A DNA stretch of 64,000 bases. Origin: Anthoceros angustus (taxonomy: Eukaryota > Plantae > Anthocerotophyta). The notes beneath the pieces are model-generated. The model had not been told where the DNA came from and did not search any database. It was given only the letters and a program-made list of their open reading frames with translations. The stretch's first letter is position 1. Every line of letters begins with the position of its first letter. Location of the stretch: the NCBI GenBank assembly GCA_010909165.1, contig MU008189.1, positions 62,001 through 126,000 of the forward strand. The letters run 5' to 3'. Of the stretch, positions 37,087 through 50,017 are shown piece by piece. Made by a program: the position numbers and the translations under genes.

Positions 37087-40000
37087 TCAATGCCGGTCCC
37101 CACATGAACACAAGCCGTTCACAAAACGGTGGACACGGTGTGCATCTCTGACTATGATCTCTCGCTCTTCGATCCTCGACATGAGTTTGGTGCCAGTGTG
37201 ACAGTCATCACACATTCGAAGACTTTTGGTCACTAACAAAGTTGTGCCCTGTGGAGTGTTCAGGAGACCATATGCCAATGCTAGTTTCTCAGCGTGACCA
37301 CACAGGGCATCTTGGTTCCCTGATTTCGACTCTTCCAGCACCTGGGAGTTCACACTGGATAGCTTGGAGGAGGTGTCATCACTTGCCTCGCCCACCACGA
37401 AGGAGTGTACGTTGCTGTTCACCTCAATCCAGGCCCTTGCAGGGAGCTTGCAGGCACCTGCAGTTTTCCTTAGACCATCCAGTTTTGCCACATCTGTCCA
37501 CCTACCAGCGTTGGCATATATGTTTGCCAAGAGTGCATAAGAAGCGGTGTTTTGTGGATCGAAGGTTGTAAGCTGGTGAAAACATCTCTCCCCCCGCTCT
37601 GCATCACCGTGACTCCTGCAGGCAGTCAGCAATGATGTCCATCCTACGATGTTCGCCTGGAATGGCAGAGTCTGCAACATCAGTTCTGCCTCATGTAGTC
37701 GGCCCGAGCGCCCAAGAACATCCACCAAACCATTGTAGTGCTGAGCTGTAGGGCTTATGCCATGGTCTTCCACCATGCTCTTCAAATACTGGTGAGCCTT
37801 ATCTACAAGTCCCTGGTGGCTGCATGCCACAAGGACAGATGTGAAGGTAGCCTCATTGGGCGCAACCCCATGTTTTTGCATCTCTTGAAAGCACTCCAGT
37901 GCCAGTTTGCTGGCACTGTGTTGTGCGTAGCCATTCAACAAAGCGTTCCATGTCACCACATCTTTTGAGGGCAATCTGTCGAACACTTCACGGGCCTCTT
38001 TCAGGCAACCACATTTGGCATACATGTCTACCAAAGAGTTCCCAATAATAAGATTTCCTTGCAGTCCTCTTTCCTGAATTTCGGCATGAAGCTGCTGGCC
38101 CTGGCACACAGCTCCCACGCTGGCACAAGCATTTAGCAGGCACGTAAAGCTTACCGGAGAAATAACGGAGACGCCCTCATGCTGCATCCTGGCATAAAGA
38201 GCAAGTGCTTCTTGACCTAGGCCTTGCTTTGCATTCGCTGCAATCAAGGCATTCCATGTGACCACATCCCTTGAGGGCAACATGTCAAACACTCTGCGGG
38301 CATCTTCCAAGCTGCCACACTTTGCATACATGTCCACCAGGGTGTTTCCAACAACCACATCTGATTCCAGTCCTCTAGCCAAAATCTCACGATGGAGCTC
38401 TTTGCCCTCTTGCAACGCCCCAAGGGACGCACTTGCTTTCAGGAGACAGACAAATGTAACAGAACTGGGTTGTGTGGTGCATTCCTGACACATGCACGCA
38501 TAAAGGGACAGGGCTTCCCGACCAAGTCCATGCTCAGCATATCCAGCAAGCATGGCATTCCATGTCACCACATCTTTTGTGGGGAATTGGTCAAACAACT
38601 TGCGAGCATCTTCTAAGCTGCCACACCTTGCATACCCAGCAATCATGGCAGTGCATGAAACTGCATCTTTTGTTTCCAAACTGTCAAACACTTTCCGAGC
38701 ATCCTCCAAGCTGCCACATTTGGCATACATGTCCACGAGGCAGTTCCCAACAACTACATCAGCTTCCAGTTGCCTTTCCCGAATTTGAGAGTGAATCTGC
38801 CTACCCTGATGTATAGCTCCACTTGCTCCACATGCTTTCAGGAGGCACATAAACGTGACCCTATCAGCCAGAGCAACACCCTGCTGTTGCATGTCTGCAT
38901 ACAGTGCAAGGGCTTCTTGGCCACAGCCATGGTCGGCATATCCTGCAATCATGGCAGTCCACACCATGACATCTTTTGTGGGCAAGGCATCAAAAACTCT
39001 TCGAGCATCCTGTAAGCTTCCACACTTCGCATACATGTCCACCAGGCTGTTCCCAATCATAAAATCAGCTTCCAAACCTATGTCCTGAATTTGTATATGA
39101 AGTGCCTTCCCCTCACGCAACGCCTGAATGCTGGCACAAGCTTTCAGAAGGCACAGGAACGTAACACGGTTGGCTTTGCTGATCCCCTCCTGTTGCATTC
39201 TTGCATATAGGGTAAGGGCTTCTTGACCAAGCCCATGCTCCGAATATCCTGAAATCAAGGCATTCCACGTCACCACATCTCTCACACCCAAACTGTCAAA
39301 TACTTTTTGTGCGTCCTCAAAGCTCCCGCATTTTGCATACATGTCCACGAGACAGCTGCCAACGAATAAATCAGGCTCAACCATTCGGCTGAGAAGATCA
39401 GCATGGATTTTCTTGCCAGATGCCAAATTCTTGGCCGTGGCACAAGCTTTGAGGACTGCTGCAAATATGTGGTCGTTTGGTTTCACAGGCGACTCCCGCA
39501 TCTGCTCGTATAGTTCAATAGCCTGCATATACTGTCCACGCTCTGCATGTGACAGAATCATAAAAAACCATGAATAGCTGTTTGGTGCAGGCAGTTTGGT
39601 GAAAACCCCCGTTGCTTCCTCTAAACTTCCATACGCTGCATACATCTGAATGATGTGGTTGGCCAAGAATATGTTTGACTGGTCCCCGCTTTCAAGGGTA
39701 AGGGCATGGATCCACCTGCCAGCAACCACATCTTTGTATGCAGTGCACGCCCTGAGGACACGACAGTAAAGAGATGGGGGAACATAAGATCCTCGCTGCA
39801 CCAAGAGGTGCAGTGCTTCAACATTCTCAATGACCTGCTTGTCTTCAGATGGATAGAATTGGCCTCCATGCTTCAAGGTGCCTGCCCTGCAAGATTGAAG
39901 ACTGTGAAAAGACAACGGTTGATGACATTTACGCACAAAGCCACCTACCCTCGACAATGAAAAGCCATGCAACTTCAAAAAAATATTTTAGTGCAAGCAA

Positions 40001-40168
40001 AAGAGACTCGGACCTCCCAGACTGCTGAAGGTCAGCTTCTTGAGGGGCAGTTGGTTGGAACGTTAAGGCCTGCTTGGCAACGCTCTGCACAGAACCCGGC
40101 CAATCTCTTTTTCCTCGAGCCCCATAACCAGCTAGTCTTTTCATCGTGGAGCTCCCTATGCTCGCCAT
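37087..40168 (-). CDS. PLS-PPR protein with DYW:KP-type domain (ends GDRH); candidate U-to-C organellar RNA editor
   Basis: 963-aa ORF at 37087-39978 with KLPARAWIE, HAEKLA, LLNTPQG, MCDDCH and CSCGDRH, plus one SS motif. A putative exon 1 (40168-40014, MASIGSST..) splices in phase 2, so the start is tentative. Confidence 0.92.
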
Positions 40169-40643
40169 ACTGTCGATGCACGATGTACCTGAGCTGGCCT
40201 GGAAGGTTTATCGAGCAGTCTGCGGCCTATGATTGTCAAGCCCTGTAAGTGTGTGAGGCTATGGACTGGGCGGTTGCAGCAGAAATGGGGGAGTAGTCGC
40301 AAAAACCTCAGAGGACTTACAATCCGAGAGAAATTGCTTTCATCTCTGCCAGTCTTACTCTTTCTTCAAAAAACATATCCTTGGGACATGAGAACATACA
40401 ATTTGTTCCAGTATCTGTAACGGCATATTTCCACCTATTGGTATCAGTAATCCTAAGCCCTGACTAATCTTGTGCTAGAAAAGAGAAGCAGCCGACTGTG
40501 GACACATGTCTGCATCAGCAAGCCGAAACAGATGCCGACTCTGTGATGAGACGGTGTCTGGGTGACCCAGTAGGAGGGGCAAGTATCTTGTTCCCAGAGA
40601 GGCACATATCAAACGATGACCTCAGCAGTTGCATGAGCACTTC

Positions 40644-41326
40644 TTAAGAGTGAGGCACATATCTGACGTTGTTATCCTCGCAAATGGCCTGCACATCGCA
40701 AATGGCAGCAAAGACAGGACCACGTCAATCTGATGGAGTAAAGAAGAAAAAAAACAGGCCCTCATTCTCAACAAGTCGAACCTCATGTGCTAGAGCGCTA
40801 CCTGCATCTCCTCACTCAATTCACCAGTAACCGACAGAGCATAGCAGCCGGGGACAAACTTTCCTGATCCACACAACCTTGTCAGCTGCTGTTGCGATGA
40901 CAAAAACCTGAGACACAGCACCGATGCTGCAGCTGAGACTGACCTATCCTGAGCCAACGTGCTGCCCAGCTGCCTGTTGGATCCATGGAGGAAATAATCC
41001 TGCAACCCCAGACCACACCATCAGTTCATGAGGACACCACAGGACAGCAACATGCAAATAGAAGGCATCGCGTACCCTGTGAAATTGGGTGATGTGCACT
41101 CCAAAACCCGCTCCTGATCGTGATCCATGCTGAAGAAAGGGCAGTTCTCGCACCCAATTTCCTTGAACTGCAGTCGTGAAAATAATAATTCGACAACACT
41201 CTAGACCCAAAGAACCAAAACTTGGCCAATGCGCAAAGCAGACCTAACCTGCTCATACGTCTTGATCAGACTGCACCGTAGACAAACTCTCAACTCCCGA
41301 CCAAAGCTAGTGGGCACCTGCGCCAT
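40644..41326 (-). CDS. SPT4: Transcription elongation factor SPT4 (5 exons; not intact in the ORF track)
   Basis: Manual splice gives MAQVPTSFGRELRVCLRCSLIKTYEQ|FKEIGCENCPFFSMDHDQERVLECTSPNFTG|IISSMDPTGSWAARWLRI|GKFVPGCYALSVTGELSEEMQ|AICEDNNVRYVPHS*. Confidence 0.95.
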
Positions 41327-41899
41327 TCGGCCTGAAGACCCGAGTAATCAGCTCCCCGTCAGAACGCGCTCTGGTAGATTCTTCTGGTTGGGGCACACAC
41401 CTAGATCATCATCGTCCTTTGAGGTAACTGGACAGGATTCCTCTGCCTCGTCCTAGCCCTTCAAAGCAGACGTTATGTTGGAAATTTTAGACTAAGTTTT
41501 CATTGGTAACATCACGTACTAGGTTACGGAGATATTATCGACAATAATAAATGCCCTAATAATATACATGATAAAATACAAAAACAATATGCATGATTAC
41601 GGGCACATTTAAATGCTCTGAACACCTAGGTACCCTATTTGTCGAAAATGTGTACTTGCTTGTGAAACTCCCGGTGAGACAATGCTGTGCTAGGTATCAT
41701 CATTTTACGTTGTCCGAGTTCTCAATGGCGTTTTTCTATCATCCTCAAACACTTCTAAACAACGGAATCTTTTTAGCTCCAGATTTATTTTCTTATATTT
41801 TATAATTTTTTAAATTATTTTAAGCATCTTAATCTTGTATTCTATTGTGCAATGATATGATAAAATTTAATCAAGATGTGTTCATTACAGGGTGCCCAA

Positions 41900-42420
41900 C
41901 TAATCTTGTGTTTTGCGAGCAGTAGTGACAATTTTGTATGGTAATCAATTGGGGATTGGGCCCACATTCTCAATCGTTCAGAAGAACACAAGTGTGTGTA
42001 GAGTGTTCTAAAGCAACAAGGATGAAACGGCGCTCTGGTTACTCCGTTTGGTGTGTACCTGTTGCTACCTAAATACAAAATGTGCCCTAACTAGGGTTCG
42101 CTCACTACAATTCTAACACTCCCACTTAGCGGCGGACACTAATTCTGAATACTTAGCGTTGATTATTAGCTTCTACAAGTCTTCGTAGTCCCATTGTTGC
42201 TGAATGTTGTTGATGTTTGACTGACGCAAAGCCTTGGTAAGCACGTCGGCAACCATCTATATTGTCAAAAAGTGAAGTACTTCAAATTTGCCGTCCTCTA
42301 CTACTTGTCTGGTAAAATGAAATTGCACTCCCATATGCGTAGTACGTGCATGGAACTTGGGATTGTATGTGAGTGCAATGAGTGCTTGGTTGTCGCAATA
42401 AAGAGGCCTAGTATTTGTTG
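41900..42420 (-). mobile_element. Copia RNase H end, PPT and LTR start (remnant)
   Basis: The minus strand reads MVADVLTKAL. PPT AAGTGGGAG (42127-42119) is directly followed by TGTTAG at 42118. The left boundary is uncertain. Confidence 0.65.
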
Positions 42421-44700
42421 TAATTCAGACTCTATATGCCCTATGTATTCTTTCAAGGCTTAGGTGCTTTTGTTCAAGGATAGTTAGCTTCTGAATTATG
42501 GAGTCTTTTAAGGCCAGAATTTATGATGATAGAGGTTCTCTAAACTGGTTGCCTGCAGATTATATCTAGGTGAGTAGGGACCTTTATCTATGATGTGTAG
42601 ACATAGATAAGGACATGGATACCTCAACCGGAAGGGACTCAGTTTGGGCGAGTGTCTAGGTGGTAGGCCCCACTGCAAAGTGGTGGGTCCGTATTTTCTT
42701 TGTAAGTCAAACTAGCCTCTAGCCACAGCACCCGGGTGATCACAAAATGGCCTCCGCACGTATCGTCAAAACGAAGGCCGAGCCCTCAAAACCGGACGCC
42801 ACGGCGCCTCGACATCCGGCGCGTGCTGCATAGGCGGTCCCTCCATGGAACCTAGTGGCAACAAAGCATGTGCATAGCTGCGGCGTGATCGGTACTTAAT
42901 CCTAAACGTTCAAGGGTTCCGGATCGAGATTTTGGAATTTTTTTATTATAATTCATTCATAGAAATTTAAAATTTTATCACTGATCATCCGTTTTGGTCC
43001 ATCGAGAAAGGTGCATAACCCATGTCCAGGTTTTCGAAATTGGCAACCTTGAAGGTCATTGAATCGCCTTGGAATAAGAGCAGATGAGCTATGCCACCGG
43101 CGAGGCGACGAGGCATGACGAGCTAGACAAAAAATGGAGGACCGGGCTAAATTGCGGTGAGCGAGGAGAGTAACATGGCCCGGCCTTGGTCTCGCCACCT
43201 AGCTGGTGCCATGGACTCGCTTGGCAGGTGGGTCCACTATCTCTCTTCACTAGCCTTGACTGGCCATTCTGATCTTAGAATTGCATTACCACTGAACCGT
43301 CTGTTGCCCATGATAATCGATCCCACCGTTGCTTGCACACATTTCAATGAAAAGTAAAATCCAATGGGAGACTGCCACTTATCTCGTAGTTACAAGTCCA
43401 CGCTGGTTGGCGGCGTGCTTCCACTTCCCGACTCCATCTTGGAGGTGCAATGCACTTCTTGTTGTTCGAGAGTTTCTGTATCTGTTCTAGATAAAACGCT
43501 TGACTGGGCCTCTGACCGTGCAAGTGCGGCGAGCAAGGGGAGTGGAGGAGAGTCGAAGGCCGGCGGACAGGGCCCTTGTGGGCTCCAGGTATCCACGTGT
43601 CCTCCGCCTCCGAGATCTGTAGTGAGTGGCAAGAGAGAGAATCCAATTATGGGAAGACCGAGATGCGGGATGTGGCCGGTGGCCGGTGTGTGTGGGGGAG
43701 GGTGTCCTCCAGTTGCCACAAAGGACGGGGGGCTTTCTTGCTACGCATCCACTGGTGGCAACCACTCGGGGAGGGGCTTTGCATGTGCGGCACGGACTGC
43801 GTGACCGCCACTTTGCACATGGGGCCCAGTTTTGTGAACAAGTAGGAAAGTGTAGATAGAAGCTTGCTGCCATGGGTCCATTTTGTGATTGGCCCTGCCG
43901 TTTCTCTCGGTGTATTTGATGAATTGTCAGTCAATTTTCCTTGGATTTCTCGTGGTGACTTGTAGTGATCCTCCTCCATCTCCAATTGTGTTTGGCACCT
44001 GAGCCCGTGCCTGGAATACTTTAAATAGCCTAGAGAAGGGCATCCTAACCAAAACTCCGAGGAGGTTCCTTTCACGTTGGCTTCTACAATTCTACTCTGA
44101 TGAAAGCAACCATAGGCTTGTTGGAAAGCCCGCACAAAGCTTGGCACTACCCTGTTTTCTCGAAATTCATATCTGATCACAGCGTTTACAAAAAAAACAA
44201 ATACCACAATGCTTGCATTTCTCGGAAAATGTTCAGGAATCGAAGCTTAGACAATCGTGCTTACAAATCTAGTAGGTAGGTGTTCATCCTCTCCTTGCTT
44301 GGTACATATAAACAAGCATGTGCAGCTCGGGCAAGGGTTCTTAAAATCCAAGATACATGAGCTGTCGGAAATGGCGGTGGAAGAAAAGAAACAAGCGACA
44401 GCCAAAGATAATCTTGATACGAACGAGACATTGAGCTATAAAGGCTTGAGGCGTGGGGTCAGCTTTTCGAAGTGCTAAAATTTGCATTGGAATCAAATCA
44501 TCGTTTGGCCACATATTTTTCAGAAAGTGGCGGAATGAAAAAAAAACTTCATGGAGGTCAAAAGAGGATCAGGAGGCAACCGGTCCTCTCTTGAAGCATC
44601 ATGGAGTAGGCACAGACCATCGCGGGAACTTCAAGCCCACAGTCGTGGGTTTGCAAATGCTGCGACAATTTGAGACAAGCTCGTTCAGGTTATAGACCCA

Positions 44701-46248
44701 TGTGGTGACGAAATACTTTAATTATTAGGGCACTATTCATTAGGGCTCCTATAAATCCCTATAATTAAAAATTAATTAATTCTTAGGGTTAGAAGTAGTT
44801 ATATTAGTTATTTATGGTTAATTGGTTACAACAACCTATAACCACCTACTTCATATCAACTCAATGTACTTTCTATTATGATTATCAATGCATAAGATCC
44901 TTTGAGCAAGTCTTTGATTCTCTTCATGGTATGAGAGTACTCTTGCTCTCAAATTGATTATGCAACTACAAGTATCTAAGGAGCTCCTCTTGGAGGCGAC
45001 ATCTATCTAGGATTTTCCTAGAAATGGAGTTTTCTTTTCCTATAATTGCTCCCTTTGAATGCATTTCATTTTAGCACATATTTCTTCTCTAACAATGCAT
45101 CATTGTTCTAATCCTTTGTCTAATCTCCAGGGATTTCCTCATCCCTAGAAGGAATAGGCATAGGATTAAGAGAAGAGATAGTCCTTTCCTACATCCTGTA
45201 ACACTAGAGTGAAGCCTACCACTTCTTTAAGGATTACATGGCTTGGGCTGAGCTCTTAACAGATGAGAAACTCAAGAACTTATATTCCGACAATGGTGGC
45301 GAGTTCACATCTCATCAATATGAGGAGCTTTGTCGAGCTGAAGGTATAGCTCAACAACTCACTGTTGTTTACACTGCTCAACAAAATGGCGTAGCTGAAA
45401 ACAAAAATTTATTGCTTCAAGAGATTACTGGTTGTTTGTTGACACAAGCTAATTTATCAAAAGCTTATTGGGTTGCGGCCCTACTTACAACAACATATCT
45501 CATTAATCGATAACCTACATCAGCGTTCAAGGTATGACTTCTTATGAAGCCTTTATTGGCAAGAAGCCTTCTATTGATCACCTCCGAATTTTGGATCTCC
45601 TGCTTATGTTTTTATTTCTAAAACATTGTGTAAGAAGTTAGATCCTAAAGCAGCTAATTTTCATTGGCTACACCGAAGGCATCAAAGGTTACAAATTATT
45701 TAACCCTTCCAATCGGCAACTTATTTATGCTCGTAGTGTTACTTTCCATGAGTCTTACCTATTTTCCTCACTAGTAGGAGCTGACCTTGCTGATTTTGAT
45801 GTTTCCTCTCCTGCTGAAGCCAATGATACCTCCTCTTTTGATGATACTGATTTCATAACCCTTCGTGCGCTCGTTCCACTTGATTGAACTGAGCGAGGAG
45901 GAGTTAGCACCCTTCCACCCACACAACTCTTACCCAATAGAGGAGCCTGTTGACACTCATGTTGATGAATTTGATGACCCTCTTGAGGGTGATGATGTAG
46001 AGTCTAATGATCCTCTAGATGATCCAGCTCTTGTGGAAGAAGCACCTGCACCCAGGTACAACCTCAAGTCACGTCCTGCTATTCCTGGTCCTACAGGTTG
46101 GAAGGAACCTCCTTTAGGATACCTAGCTGTTTTTAATGATCCTATCCCTCCTTTGTCCCTTTACTCACAAGCTGTCTGGAAAGCTACTCTTGAGCCAGAA
46201 GAACCACTTACCTTAAAACAAGCTTTCTTTTCTCCTGTTACATTTTAA
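44701..46248 (+). mobile_element. Truncated Copia element: LTR-like segment, tRNA-Met PBS and integrase remnant
   Basis: TG at 44701 to CA at 44926, followed by tggtatgagagt (similar to TGGTATCAGAGC). Translated motifs SDNGGEF, QQNGVAE, IGYTEGIKGYKL and EEPLTLKQA. Confidence 0.8.
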
Positions 46249-47782
46249 GTAAGCTGTATCTGCAACTTATGCAAGTGGAAATTCATGTTAGCTTAATTTC
46301 CTTTTATCAGCAGTCTCCTGGACATATTCTAAGAGATTACCACTGAATGACAGAAGGAAAATATATTCTTGTATCTTTTGTCAGTTCCTGTTTAGCCTTT
46401 CCCTTACCCACATCTCCAGCCTTTGCACACAAGCCACCAAATACCCGAGAAACCTCATCCATACACAACTTGTACATGTAATCATATCTGCAAATGTGCA
46501 CTCTGTCACACAGGGAAGCACATCAGCCTGCTTCATTCAGCTTGTGCTCAAGTCATTCGAGCCCAAGTTTCCTTCTCAAGTACAGTTTGTGGAGGAGGGG
46601 CGTCCATTCGTCATCAGTAGTATGCGAGGGAGAGGACTCCATCAAGTGAGGAGCATGTTTATCAGCCTGTGTATAAAAGATGCGTGTGCAAGCCCCATGA
46701 CGCACTTGTGTGCTACTTGCGAGCTGCAGGCCATGCCCATCATCCACCAAGGATTGTTGCTAATCTAAGGCCGTGCCGTGTGCCCTGCAAGGGCCACCAC
46801 CCACTATGGATTGCTCCTGATTTGCAGCCGCGCTCGCGCGATGCAGGAGTAGCCACACATCACGCCTGCACTATCATGCTGCAGAGAGATCACTAGATCC
46901 ATATATGTGTGCGGTGTGTGCTGCAGGCAAATCTGCAAATATGGGCGCTTCATTTTTCCATTCACGTTTGGTTGGTTAGCAAGCGGAGGGGGTGGTGCTA
47001 TAGGTTTTATGGCTATAGCTTTCCACTCACACTTTTATCCTAGGCCATCATGCTATTCTGCCTTATTAGGTTCTCAACCATGGAGCATGGAGGATCTGTT
47101 CTACAGCTTTTCTTTTCACAGCAGCGACAATAAGAAGGGAAGAAAGGAGGTATCTCACCTTTTCTGTCTTCTCTGGAGGCATGGTCCCAATCTTCTTCTT
47201 CCTCTTCTCCATTTTCGTCATTTGGTGAAGACAAGATAATCAAGCTAGTTGTCTGTTGATGGCTTCCTCGTGGACGCTGAGGAGTATGCTGGACCCTGGG
47301 CCTGCGTGAAGACGGGGTTGTTTTTGCGTGATGGGCCTTTGGAGGTTGTTTTCTGTTTTCTGCAAATTGGCCGCAAGAGTCCTTGTAAGCAAGTGATGCT
47401 CTCCTACTCTGGTCACTGGGCGCCTCCCAGCACGCCAGTGCCTGCTGTCTTCTGGCATATGCTTCACTCCTAGGTATCTTCAACCTCACCATTGCTCCTG
47501 CTTGCCCTTGTCAGAATAATGCAAGTTGTGGATGGAGACGGGTTTCCTGTACACCCGTTTTTAGTGGTTGAACGGAAATATGGCCTTATCCTTTCATTTA
47601 TTTTCGAACTTATTGAAGAAAATATTTTCAGTGATGTAAATTTATGCCATATTTACAGCCCATTGTCACGACCTGTTATTTCAACATTATTAATTATGAA
47701 GACAATAACAACTGAAATGCATTTTCAATTCAAGTTTTCATTTCAGTTTTTAGGCTCCTATTTCTCATCAAGTGGGAGTTTT

Positions 47783-47828
47783 GCTTAGCTGCTTCGCTGC
47801 TTAGCTGCTTAGCTGCTTAGCTGCTTAG
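47783..47828. repeat. 8-bp microsatellite (GCTGCTTA)n
   Basis: Visible directly. Confidence 0.85.
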
Positions 47829-47879
47829 AAGCACATATTATCCGCAAGTGCAGCAAGAGATATTCCACTCAATGGTCAG

Positions 47880-48660
47880 AGGAGTCAGGAATATGTGAGG
47901 CATGCTCACTTAGGAAGAGCCATTGTACTCCATTCCCTAAATCCACAGGAAGATCCACCAAATGGCTGGAGTTAGTCCATTCCGAGATATGTGGCCCATT
48001 CAAAAAATCAATTCATGGCTACTTTTACTTCATACTGATCATAGATGAACTGAGCCGATTTACTGTGTATTACCTACTGAAGCACAAGTCCCAGGCACTC
48101 ATTTGTTTTCAGGAGTATGCAACCTAGGCTAAGATGCAAACGGGAAAAACACTCCTTGCCATATGCTCAAATGGAGGAGGAGAACACGGTTGTAATACTT
48201 TCCTGCAATTCTGCAAGTCACATGGTATCAACAAACAAGTTACTACTCCCCATAGATCTCAGCAGAATGGGGTAGCTGAACGTATGAATAGAATAATTTA
48301 GATCATGCCATGACCATGTTGATCCACGCCAACTTACATAAATCTTACTTGCCAAAAGCCATGGCTCATGCAGTTTATCTAATGAATAGGTATGTGATGG
48401 CTGCTCCTCCACAATAAACTCCTTATGAAGTCTAGACAGGGCATAAACTTGACCTATCCAACATCAGGGTCTTCGGCTCTCCAGTATACTTATGTGCACA
48501 TGAAAGGAACCTGAACCAAATTAGAAAATCGTGCATAAAAACACATCTTCATCGGCTTCACAAATGGCATCAAGGGCTTTAAAATCATGCACCCACAAAC
48601 TCACCAGGTCACCCACTCACAAGATGTGACCTTCCTAGAAGACATGCAGGGATCAGTGAT
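47880..48660 (+). mobile_element. Second decayed Copia integrase
   Basis: LELVHSEICGP, ILIIDELSRF, LKHKSQA, QQNGVAERMNR and FIGFTNGIKGFK, with stops and frameshifts. Confidence 0.82.
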
Positions 48661-49789
48661 AGTGGGAGCACCACACAATTCTAACCCACATGACAACGAT
48701 GATGTTGTCCTTATTGGTGCAGCCCCACCTAGCCTGCACAACAACCATACACACATTAGTTAGAGCCTGCACAACCTACTTGTGTCCAGCCTGCACAAAT
48801 AGCTCACAACTAGCCTCACCTTCAATAGCAGCTAGCCTCAGCCACCTTTGACGAAGCCATCATCTTCAGCGACTTTGACAAGGCCGCCTCCTCATCGTCT
48901 ATGTAGCCTGCAACCTCCAACCCTGGACGTTGCCCACAGCATGCAGGAGACAACAATGGCTTCGACGAGGAGAACGATGGCAATGGCTTTCCCTCCGTGC
49001 ATCGTCCAAGGCCATGGCGACGATATCTTTAGCAGTGACACCACAAATCTAGACAAGGCGCAAATGGTCAGTAGCATCATGGAGCACGCCACAATGCGTG
49101 CAACATCCATAAATCACCGCCTCGCCTCAAAGATCAAGACCTGTGCACATGATCAACGCTCCACACACACACATGTATTGTTCTGATCAATATGAGAAGA
49201 TGGGCCTAACCTCTAATTGATTACCATACAAAATTATCATGGTATTAAAGCGATTAGCCTCTTATCCGATATAAATAATTATGATCTGCCCATCATATAG
49301 CATTGCCTGGGCTTCCATAGGCGACAACGCCTCCTAAGAAAAGCAGATCGAATTAACCAAAAATTGGAATGGCAAAGAGATCGCATAGAATCTATAAGCC
49401 CATGCTGCGGTATCGATATGGGTTCATCCACAAGCGAGCTTTTTGCCATGCCTCCATGCCCTATGCCCCATAATATGTACCCATATGCCCTAAGTCACCG
49501 CGATGCCCTCATGGCTCCAGGTGCGGGGCGTGGGGCAACTCTACGGATTCATCAGGATTATAGATTAATTATAATTCACCAATGTCGGTCATTGTACCGT
49601 TGTAACGTGGCGGTAAGCAGTCGCCGCCTTCACCGTGCAGACGCTGGTTCGGTTCCTAGGGCTGGCGGCATAGTAGGGTACGACCTAATATGTCTGCATA
49701 ATTTTTCCATCTCCCCGTAACATGGAGGCTGCCACCATGCCTGCATATTTTTCTCTCTCCCCGCAGTTCTGCAGCAGTTATGCCAAATA

Positions 49790-50017
49790 TGTGTCCAAAT
49801 GGCCTAGGCCAAATGGACACACATTTATAAGAACGCCGTGATTAAGCATCCTGAGTTTGGATCGGTACTTTGATGGGGTGCCTAAAGGGAGTGGATGCGC
49901 TTGGTGCAAGTAGCTTAGGCACACCATGGTACAAGTTCTTAAATACCAAGTCCCATGACGGAAATCCGTCCTTAGTGGACTTAAATAAAATTCTTCTTCT
50001 TCTTCTTCTTCTTCTTC
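49790..50017 (+). mobile_element. SINE-like or 5'-truncated LINE repeat with a (TTC)n tail
   Basis: ~200-bp unit ending in a stem-loop, AATAAA and (TTC)n. Homologous to 58303-58517 (-) and 9331-9404. Confidence 0.65.

Noticed and set aside
49860-49990. Hammerhead ribozyme or retrozyme in the dispersed repeat
   Set aside because: I found no CUGANGA core paired with GAAA on either strand.
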